From assembly GCA_051362555.1 (NCBI GenBank), contig CM120643.1:2976001-3040000 (forward strand): 64,000 nt of DNA, read 5' to 3'. The notes under the pieces are model-generated. The model searched no databases, was not told the origin of the DNA, and saw only the letters and a list, made by a program, of their open reading frames with translations. Below are positions 26,423 to 36,813 of this stretch, piece after piece (the stretch's first letter is position 1; each line of letters opens with the position of its first letter). The position numbers and the translations under genes were made by a program. The stretch is from Lingula anatina (Eukaryota; Animalia; Brachiopoda).

Positions 26423-28517
26423 TGTTCCCTTTTTCACCAAACGTGTATATTAATTTTCTGGCCCAAGGTATTGTGTACATCTGTCAGTTAAGATGCACAA
26501 TGGTATGCTAAGTTCAATATTATGAGAACTGTTCCTTGGCGTCACTTTCAGTTTCATCCTATGAAGCTCATTGGATATGATTAAATTTCCATGCTCATTA
26601 ATTCAGCAGTTAAAACGATTACGATCTGTACTATATTGATGTTAATGGGTGACTTAATTATTGTTTTTAACTATTATTTTTATGACAAACTTGGTAAAAT
26701 TTTCCCAATATTTGTATTTTATATCTATACTTTTATTCAATTTTGATGAATACTTTATTTTGAAGAATTTTTTACATGCTGGACACCATTCCTTTTTCCA
26801 TGCCATGCCTTGTTCTAATTCACAAATTAATTATCCATATTGTCAATTTGCATGCGTCAGTGTCAAAGGGCTTAGTCCATCGCTCGACTCAGCTCTTTCT
26901 CGACGATCTACAAAAACAGGTTCCACAAGTGCGGTTATATCACCTTTAAGAAGATAATTGAATATTTTGCCATAAAAAAGCCTGTAGTTTTGTCTGTTGT
27001 TTTCTGCACGGTAGATTGGTTGTCATAGATCACATAGGAAGTACAAGAATGGGCTTGTAGGATTTTTTTCGGAGAATTTATTTCATCGTGAAGGATGATA
27101 ATCAGGTGTCTTCATATTGATCGAAAAATGGCTTCATAGAATTGGTATAAACAGTGGCTTGGCAGTTAAGAGGTAGTTAAGTAAAAATGCAGCACGGTAT
27201 TTCGTTGTAAATTTTGCTCATCAGCAGATGATAAGTTCGTTAAATTTGTTTCAGTTGGCATGTTCATGGGACAATCATTTGAGCAAACAGTATATAAGTC
27301 AATAGCATTGCTTTGTTTACATCTCCAGACATAAACGGTAATACCAAAATCTACTTTGTTTGCTTTGTTTCTTAGATTCGGTATCAGGACCCCCCCCCCC
27401 CCCCCCCCCCAGACCTCCCCTCGGATAAATCCCCCGCGAATATCCTAATATCACAACTAGCATTGGAAGACTAATAAATGAGGTTGGTATTATGAAAATG
27501 ACGACTTGGCGTCACTGTCGGGTTCACCCTATTAAGCTTATTGGATATGACAAAACAAATTCAGCAGTTAAAACATTTCCCATCTGTAATAAACTGATGT
27601 TAATGGGTAATTTGATGTTGTGTTATTTATTTTAACTTGTATTTTTATGACAATTTCCCCAATATATGCATTGTATTTTTACACTTTCATTCAATTTTGG
27701 TGAACACGTCAAAATATTTTGAAGAAGATTTTACATGCTGGTCTTCAATTCCTTTTCATTGCCATACATGTACCTTGTTCAGATTCTTAAAGTTATTATC
27801 CGTGGTAATACTATTGTCAATATGCATGCGTTATTGTTATAGATGCAATTGAAGGGCTAAGTTCATCACTCGACTCTGCTGTTGCTCAAAGATGTACTAA
27901 AACAGATTCCCCAAGGGCGGTAATATCACCTTTAGGAAGCTAATTAACTGAATATTTTGCCATAATCAATAACAATCTGTGCTCTCTTACGTGTAGTTTA
28001 CCACTTGTATTCTGTACAACAGGTTGATTGTTACAGATCACCTGTGAAGTACCAGCGTGTGATTTTCGGGTTATGTACAGGAAATTAATTTCATCACGAA
28101 ATGATAAGATGGAAAACAGATGTCCAAGAAAACAGTGTTTTCAGTTGTCACCACGTCCGGTTGTTATAATTATTAAAGACCGATTTATTTTGTTTTGTTT
28201 TGTGGTATGGGTATGGGTAAAATTATTGGCATTAAAGAAATGATTGACATTGCCATTTTGCATAGGTTGAAAGATGTTGAATCCTTGACCCTTAAGCATG
28301 GCCACTTAATCGCATAATCTACCGTCTTTCCAAAGGCGTGTTGCACGAACACCAGATCTCCCGTGTACAAGAGACTCCGGACAAATCAGGAACGAACACA
28401 AACGCAGTCAATAGACCAACTTATCACCACTATAGCAACATGCCTGTCACATAAATAGAAAACATAGACATTACAAACTGAATATGCAGCGTTGCTTTCA
28501 ACCACAGATGTAGCTAG

Positions 28518-28677
28518 GTGAAATCAACACAAACCGATGAACGTACTCAAAGCACCTGTAGATTTGAAGACAAGGGTTTGTCCAACACCACCGTGACGTT
28601 GAATGAAACTTTGGCGGGTGATGTCGTTTCACTGAAAAGACCAAATTTGGCCGTTGAATTTTAAATTCAGCAATTAA
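28518..28677 (+). pseudogene. Collapsed GPCR relic, paralog of 13381-13540
   Basis: Near-identical to the 13381 relic. Confidence 0.8.
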
Positions 28678-29665
28678 AACAACTGGCTTATTCTCTTTAC
28701 ACTCCAACAAAAAATATGCCTCAAATACTTCAATTTTTTCAACTTTTTCAACTCAAGGAAAGCTAGCTGTGTTGCGTTTTTCGTATTAAAGATCTCTTGC
28801 TAACTGTCCCAGCTCCTCTAAAATATTTTAATTTTCAAGGTATTAACATCCAATATAACAATATAAAAAGAGAAGGGAGTAAATTGAAAAAAGATTAGAA
28901 CTGGTATTAAAAAATAATTTAAAACAATGATTTATGTTTGTTTTATCTAAATGTGAAATATGTGACAAATTGGGTAACCAGTGATATACTAGTCATAAAA
29001 TTCTGCATTTACGAGTGTGATATGTATAAACACTATAATTATTATTATGTAACTGTTTTTTTATTTGTTCTCTTTTATATTCATTACAAACATTCAATGA
29101 TTTCTCAATATTTCATAGTTTAAGGACATGTCAGTGTGAAATATCTCTGCAATTTTGATAATCGCATCAAATTATTTATTTTGAAGTAACTTTTACATGT
29201 TGCTTTTAATTTCCATTTCAAGGCCATACCTTAATGAGGAACCTCAATTTATCTTCCGTTGTTATGCAAAGTTTACGAAGCTATTGTCATCAAGTCTTCG
29301 TCATCGTTAACTAGATGTCGAGGATTTTGTTCAGTGCTCGACTCTGCTTGACATTCTATTTAAACAGATTCCCTGTCGACGATATAATTAACTGAAGTGT
29401 TTGACGTAAAGAGGAGAAATCTGTGCTCCCTGGCGTCTAGTTGTTCATGAAGCACTTGTTCTCAGCAAGGCAGATTAATTGGCATAGAGTACCTGTGAAG
29501 TACCAGCATGCGCTTTTCGGGTAATTTGCAGGGAATTAATTTCATCAAGAAATGATAAAATGGAAAAACAGGTGTCCAAGAAAACAGTGTCTTGCAGTTG
29601 TCCAAAAGTCCGGCTGTCACATTAATCTATAAATGAATGGTGTTATAAGAAGTGAGATTTTTTTT

Positions 29666-29887
29666 GAGGGGGGGGGGGGGGGGCTGGTCCCACCGGTTTG
29701 GGGACATTGGCAGCAGGTGCGTCTAGGGGCGATCTTTCTACGCCTCATATCCGCTATGGCAAGTCTAAAAGGGGAGACAATCAGATCTTTTAAGTTCAGT
29801 TTTTAATCCGTTCATATACGGTTTGATGAATTAAAGTTTTTGGTGAGCATTTTTTTAATGTTAAACTTGAAAAAAAGAAATTCCTAA
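29666..29887 (+). pseudogene. GPCR 3' relic, paralog of 14305-14524
   Basis: Same poly-G start and relic sequence. Confidence 0.85.
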
Positions 29888-30827
29888 TATTCCTTTTTCA
29901 TTAAACTTGGAAATTAGCCTTTTGTCTTTATAGCTGTAAAGTGAAATACTTACTGGTGTACTAAGTTTAATATTATGACACATCTTCCTGATATCTCAAC
30001 TAGCATGAGAAGACTGGCATATGAGGTTGATTTTGATAGTATCAACGAAAAAATGATGATGATTTTTATGAAAAGGACATTTAACGTCACTGGCAGGTTC
30101 ACCCTATGAAGAGAGGTCCATGCTTATAAATTCAACAGTTTAAACAGTTCCGTTCTTTTTGTGAAATGATAGAACGCGGTATGTACACGGGTGTAATATG
30201 TATGTGCGAAGGAAATGGCATTGTTGTCTTTAAGCTAGGATAAACAGCTGTTAACTTCATTAATTGTAAGACCAGGTAAATTCCTTTATATTTTATATAT
30301 TTGCTTGAAATTTCCAATGATGGCGTAACAACCCGATCACATGAATATTAAATGAAAATAAGTAAATGAACTATATCCAGTACCCCGGGTATAGAATTGA
30401 TAGAGAATAAAGATTACTTATATAAACGCTAATAAATAAAATGGAGTATATAAAGCCTCACCATAAACGCGTGGCACCCCAACACTTCAGGTTATCACGA
30501 ATTTAAGGTTTCACAAAAAGCTAAGATTAAAAAAAAAAAGAAAGACGAAGGCAAATACAGCATGTTACTTCTGTGTACATGTGATAGAAAATTGTTCTTA
30601 TTACCTGTCAAAAGAAACATAGGTAGATGGTTTTGCATTTACGAAGTCACGTCTCAATGATCTTGTGGTTATTTTTGTCACAAAGGAAAAATCCAGCAAA
30701 CGTAATTACCACAGGAAAATTACATATAAGTGCAAATGTAATATTCATCATTGCTTTCAAACAGAGAGTAAGGAGAACTTAGGAAGAAGTGTTGAACACA
30801 CTCAGTGAGCAGATTTGAAGACCAGAA

Positions 30828-32099
30828 ATGAGGAACTCTACATGTACAGTGATGTTAAATGAAACTTTGGTGGCCGATGTCATTCCACTGAACGGATCAA
30901 ACGAGACCGCTCTCCCCTGTCAACGCATGAGCTGCATCGTCTTTATCACCGTGGAAGCGTTGATATCGCTGGCATCGGTAACGTCTAATTGTTTTGTCAT
31001 TTTTGCATTTTTGAAATTTGAGTGGCTTCGGTCAAACGCTAACATAGCCATTGTAAGCTTAGCACTGGTTGACGTTTTGACCGGTCTGATCAGCATGCCT
31101 TACAATATAGTCCTAGTGTATCTCACAGACATCTTTCCAGCATTGCAACATTTGGCCTTCAGCAAGTACTTCTGCCTTGGAAAAATAGCAGCAATGAGTA
31201 CATGCCTTGGACTTTCAATGCTCCTACAGACTCTGATTTCTTTTGAAAGATACATGAAGATATGCTGGCATATTCACTATCCCAGAGTTTTACCAAAAAA
31301 GAGATTTTATTTCATCACTGGTATGTGCTACTTGTATATGGTCTCTTTGAATTCTATACCCTTCATGGGCTGGAATAACTGGACTCCAGGCGTGGAATGC
31401 AGGGCGGAGACCTCTGTTTCAGGATTTCTACGCTTCATTTTAACACCACATGTCCCTGTTTCGCTAATGGTTGCTTTAGGTTTCTACATCGCGATATTTC
31501 AAAAAGTCAAGAAGCAAAAGCAACAAGTGGGGCAGTATGGCAATTCTTTATCGCAAAGGCGGCAAACTGTTACACTGACAAACCAAACAGCCAGTGGTAG
31601 CGTGATGCCGATGTTTCCATCAGTTTCCGACCCACCAGCTTCTCCGAACGCGACTAGCCGTCCCGGAGGAATAAATACAGTTTCAAGTGTCGTCCAGGGA
31701 CCCAGTGTGGGAGGCGAAAGCGGGGTGCCTGGTCCTAGTGGTTTGGGGTCATTGGCAGCAGCTGCGTCTGAGGGTGATCCTTCCACGTCTCATATCCGCT
31801 CTAACAAGTCAAAAAGGATGAAAATCAAATTACCGACAAGCGACACAGAGGCAAAGCTTGCAAAAATGACTGCAGTTACCCTCGGTAGCCTCTTTGCTCT
31901 GTATTGTCCATACCCGACAATATTGTGGAGCGAAAAATACTTTGAGAAGGGCAGTTTGACATTTGCTGTTCTTCGAAACATTGCCGTTGAATTAGCATCA
32001 TTAAGTTCAGCAATTAATCCGTTCATATATGGTTTGATGAATTCCAATTTTAGGCGAGCATTTTTCAAAATGTTAAACTTGAAAACAGAAAGCATCTAA
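30828..32099 (+). CDS. Class A GPCR copy 3 (423 aa)
   Basis: Nearly identical to copy 2, with the same motifs. Has an in-frame CATGTA insertion at 30841-30846. Confidence 0.96.
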   Translation: MRNSTCTVMLNETLVADVIPLNGSNETALPCQRMSCIVFITVEALISLASVTSNCFVIFAFLKFEWLRSNANIAIVSLALVDVLTGLISMPYNIVLVYLTDIFPALQHLAFSKYFCLGKIAAMSTCLGLSMLLQTLISFERYMKICWHIHYPRVLPKKRFYFITGMCYLYMVSLNSIPFMGWNNWTPGVECRAETSVSGFLRFILTPHVPVSLMVALGFYIAIFQKVKKQKQQVGQYGNSLSQRRQTVTLTNQTASGSVMPMFPSVSDPPASPNATSRPGGINTVSSVVQGPSVGGESGVPGPSGLGSLAAAASEGDPSTSHIRSNKSKRMKIKLPTSDTEAKLAKMTAVTLGSLFALYCPYPTILWSEKYFEKGSLTFAVLRNIAVELASLSSAINPFIYGLMNSNFRRAFFKMLNLKTESI

Positions 32100-33692
32100 T
32101 TTCCCTTTTTCACCAAACGTGTATATTAATTTTCTGGCCCAAGGTATTGTGTACATCTGTCAGTTAAAATGCACAATGGTATACTAAGTTCAATATTATG
32201 AGAACTGTTCCTTATATCAGAGGACTGCACAATGAGTTCGATATTGATATTATCAATGAAAAAGTGATAGTGGCTTCTTATAAAAATGACTACTTGGCGT
32301 CACTTTCAGTTTCGCCCTATGAAGCTCATTGGATCTGATTAAATTTCCATGCTCATTAATTCAGTAGTTAAAACGATTACGTTCTATACTATATTGATGT
32401 TAATGGGTGACTTAATTATTGTTTTTAACTATTATTTTTATGACAAACTTGGTAAAATTTTCCCAATATATGTATTTTATATCTATACTTTTATTCAATT
32501 TTGATGAATACTTTAAAATATTTTGAAGAAACTTTTGCTGGACACCATTCCTTTTCCAATGCCATGCCTTGTTCTAATTCTCAAATTGATTATCCATATT
32601 GTCAATTTGCATGCGTCAGTGTCAAAGGGCTTAGTCCATCGCTCGACTCAGCTCTTTCTCGACGATCTACAAAAACAGGTTCCACAAGTGCGGTTATATC
32701 ACCTTTAAGAAGATAATTGAATATTTTGCCATAAAAAAGCCTGTAGTTTTGTCTGTTGTTTTCTGTATGGCAGATTGGTTGTCATACAGTAGATCACATG
32801 GGAAGTACAAGAATGTGCTTGTAGGATTTTTTTCGGATAATTTATTTCATCCTGAAGGATGATAAACAGGTGTCTTCATATTGATCGAAAAAAATGGTTT
32901 CATATAATTGGTATAATCAGTGGCTTAGCAGTTGAGAGGTAGTTAAGTAAAAATGCAGCACGGCATTTCGTTGTAAATTTTGCTCATCAGCAGATGATAA
33001 ATTCGTTAAATTTGTTTCAGTTGGCATGATAATGGAACCATAATTTTAGCAAACAGCATATAAGCTAATAGCATTGCTTTGTTTACGTCTTCAGACATAA
33101 ACAGTAATACCCAAATTAACTTTCTTAGTTTCTTAGATTCGGTATCAGGTCACCCCCATCCCCACCCCCTCGGATAATTCCCCCCGCCCTGGTCAATCCT
33201 CCAATCATAATGAGAAATAACACTTTGATATTGAGAAAAATGTAATTATTAATGCGTGCCTTTAAACAAACTGTATGTCCAGGTTAAGGTGGAGTAAACA
33301 TTTATCTCATTAATCCAGGTAATAAAGTTGATGAAGTAACTGCCAACATAAATAAACAACAACTTTCGAAACTTCTTTTCCTTTCTATACTGTTATTCAG
33401 AAAACTCGCTAGCAAAAAATACAATTAATATAACATGTCACTCTTCTTTCTTTTATGAAATTAATAAAACGGTAGTACATGCATTTCTTTGATTAAATAT
33501 GCCATTTAATGGCAAATCAGCAATATTTATATCTTAGCATCTAATGATTTAAAGTTATGTCTCCGGTCTGTTTAAGCACTTGAGTGAGCTTCCTGAATCT
33601 TGTAATTAATAACCAATACTTTTTTCTCATTTACTATTTTGTTTTTCAATTCACTTACATAATGTATAAATGCCCCAAATAGATAATTAAAA

Positions 33693-33935
33693 CCGGTGTA
33701 ACAGTAATCCAAGTCCCCCAGGAACCGAGGTCCAATTAGCACGTCCAATTAGGACGTGCATTACTACACGTAGGACTTGCATTACTTGGTAGCCTTCGTC
33801 CTACGGACATTGAATCCTAGTAACGTATGTCCTAGGACTTCCATTCCTAGCAACGCATGCCTTAGGACTTGCATTCCCAGGACTTAGTGTCCGGGCGGAC
33901 TTGCTTAACTAGGACGTGCACTCCTGCCACACAGG
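33693..33935. mobile_element. MITE-like element with internal (CT)AGGAC repeats; second copy at 39618-39860
   Basis: Imperfect TIRs CCGGTGTAACAGTAATCCAAGTCC / GGACGTGCACTCCTGCCACACAGG. Several internal AGGAC(T/G)TGCA units. Confidence 0.6.
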
Positions 33936-34471
33936 TCTATGTTCGTTCCTGGTGAGTCGGGTGTCTTGTGGGGTTGAAGAATATCGAGGGGGGAGACGAG
34001 GAGGGGTTCTTGGGAGAGGATCAGGTAGCGGAGAAAATACCAGCAATCCTTAAGTTCCCACACTGTGCCTGCAGAGCACAACTTTCACAACGGTATAGTA
34101 GTCAAAATTACTCCAAGATTTGACTACTTTTATCCTACAATCAGAAACAGTTTCAGAGATTTCTTCCGGCTTCATATATGTGAAACAAAATTGTTTCATC
34201 CATGTTGTTGCAGTAATTTTAAAATATTCACTTTTTGTTATGGATAATTGATTCTTCATTACAATTCCCATCCAACAGATGTTGGGAAATTCCTCATTTT
34301 GATTGATCATATCACATCATATCTATTCATTTCATTTATCTTTTGCTTGTTTGATGTGTTCAAAAATCTGATAAATTGCCAGTTGCCTCTAACTGTTTTT
34401 TTTTAATATTGGACTACATGTATATGAGAAATGATTTTCACAATTCCCTTTATAAAGAGGGCATTTGCAAA

Positions 34472-34504
<33 letters not shown>

Positions 34505-35454
34505 AATGAATAAATAAATAAATAGATAAATAAATAAATAAATAAAACATCTCCATTCAAGTTAAACTGCAATTGTCATAAGTTTATTTTTACAGATAAA
34601 TGAGTGATCTGTTTCCTTATAGAAAGCGTTATATTATTGAGCACCTGTAAGTCATGTAAGTCTTGGCAACACCGAGTGCTAAACATCTATGGAGATGGTG
34701 TAAATGACAAAAAAAAAAAAAAAAAATGACAAAAAAAGCCAATTCTCTTCGGACCCAACCGAATGTTAAAGTTTAAAAAAAATCTGGCCAAGTTTTCAAG
34801 GGTTGTAAATGCAAATCAAAAAAAAAGCCAATGACATTTTTATTAAGTGAAAAGTATATCTGCCATTGATCGCTCAAAATATATAGTTTTAAGTGTAAAG
34901 CATGTATTCTAAACCATCAATGTGATTGCCTTCGTTGCATTTTCTCAGCTAACACAGTTTAGAACCTTCACCATCTGTCTGACATGATTTACCTGGAGCA
35001 GAGCACGCTCGACTGTCTTCGTGATCAGGAATGAATGTATACAAAAATAAATAAATAGATTTTAAAAAAGTGCAAGTGCAATGTCTTTTTAATGTATTCA
35101 AAGTGTGACACAGTAAAAATGTTATTTATTATCTTTTAAGGAATTGTATCAAATCGCTTTATGCCCGCTGTGTAACAGAGGACAATGTCAATTTCTTGCC
35201 TATTTGTGATTAAATTTGATGATATGTGATGTGTAATACGAGATTCAGATGCCATGCATGCCAACGTCTTCACTTTTTAAATTTCAAAATATCTAATACG
35301 AAGAAGAAGTCATTAAGTATATGATCTTAAGATCAGGATGTCAAATCACGGCGCAAACAATACATATCATCATTACATGTCATTAATACAATATAATAAA
35401 TAAAAAAGGGAGAGTTCAATTCTTATATACCGCACTACTGATACGTCTCGGTGC

Positions 35455-35770
35455 AGTTTACAGACGCCTGGTCATTTTTGGTCTGACTGGCTCTGGGTGT
35501 TGACGCTACTGCCCCCCTGCCCCCTCCCCGGGGAGGTTATAGCCCAGCATGCCGCATGAAGCGGTGAAAGCTAGCAAACGAAAATATCCTGTCATTAAGA
35601 AGGTATATATTGTTATTATTTGGTAGTCTCGCTATATGTTTTGCTGTATCATTGTGTCATATTGTGTTATTTCGTTTTGCCTTGAAAGGCTGTTATATCC
35701 GATCCTCAGACGAAGTTGAGACCACGTTTTCCAGCTTCGTAGGTGGGCACACCAACCACTAGGCCATCCG
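35455..35770 (-). mobile_element. tRNA-derived SINE remnant; second copy at ~41322-41641
   Basis: Minus strand starts CGGATGGCCTAGTGGTTGG (Pol III A box), with a degenerate B-box-like GGTCTCAACTTC. Body motifs (gacgcctggtc; ggaggttatagcccagc) are shared with 46745-46820. Confidence 0.55.
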
Positions 35771-36169
35771 ATACAGTCGGATGCTGACGATCACATCGTC
35801 CAAAACGAATGAATTCTCGAGTTTATCAAAATTTTGGAAGTGGGCACTTCTTTCAGGTTGTTATTCTACTTCTTGGATGATGGACCCCTCCCTTTCCAAA
35901 ATCCTACACCCTCTATGAATATAATGCTTTTTACGCACCAGTTATCTTTCAGGTCTAAAGTAAAAATATAGTTGGATACATTAATAAGGAATCATAATAA
36001 AAATGCACTTTAATACCATGATAGACAGAAAACATGGCCTAGGCCTATACTTGTAGGGAGGTTTTAGCCATTGCTTCCCTTAATTACAGGATTTTGGCAA
36101 AAACCACTTGGTACTTAATAGACATGTTTAGAATTGTATCAAGTTATTGCAAGGAAATCCACTAAGTAT

Positions 36170-36468
36170 AGAGCAGGCTGTTTCACGCGTTTAGCAGCTC
36201 CCGGCGTTTAGTAGTTCCACACGTTTAACAGCATTGTATGTTTAGCCAATGTGTTTAGCCTTGCGATAAACTTATTACAGAATTATGTATATACCGGTGA
36301 AGCTAAACGCATAGCTAAACGTGTAACACTGCCAAACATGTATAGCATTTTCTTATGTGAGAAGCTTGAGAAGATATACGTGTTTAGTTTTTACACATAT
36401 TTCTAAACGCGTTCAGGTACTAAACGTGTGTTATATGTGTTTAATAGCTAAACACTGTTTTTATAGTG
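36170..36468. mobile_element. End fragment of a CACTA/CACTG-terminus element with GTTTAG/CTAAAC subterminal repeats; second copy at ~42045-42343
   Basis: About ten GTTTAG/CTAAAC units in both orientations. Terminus TTTTTATAGTG (36468) or TTTTTACAGTG (42343), followed by TA. Confidence 0.55.
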
Positions 36469-36813
36469 TAACAACACAACAGTACATGTTATCACGAATT
36501 TAAAGTTTCACAAAAAGCTAAGATTAAAAAAGAAAGACGTAGACACATGCTGTATGTTTCTACATGTGGTATAAATATTTTCTTATTATTTGTCAAAAGA
36601 AATATAATTAACGGCTTTTGTATTTACGAAGTCACGTCTTAATAATCTTGTGGTTATCTTTGTCACGAATGAAAATTCCAGCAAACGTAATTACTACAGG
36701 AAAATTACATAGAAGTGCAAATGTAATATTCATCATTGCTTTCTCACATAGAGTGAGGAAAACTTAGGAAGAAGCGTTGAGCACACCAAGAGAGCAGGTT
36801 TGAAAACCAGAAA

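Larger units (their letters stand above)
32100..36813 (+). repeat. Intergenic spacer duplicated at 38071-42688
   Basis: Collinear near-identity over ~4.7 kb. Twin spurious ORFs at 32501/38472 and 34050/39976. Confidence 0.95.

Noticed and set aside
33720-33920. Regularly spaced AGGAC repeats (also TGTTATAAAA repeats at ~11785-11875) as a CRISPR-like array
   Set aside because: Eukaryotic context, degenerate short units, no unique spacers and no cas genes. They are MITE-internal or slippage repeats.
35700-35775. Possible tRNA gene on the minus strand
   Set aside because: Only the A box is clear, the B box is degenerate and no cloverleaf forms. Better explained as a SINE head.
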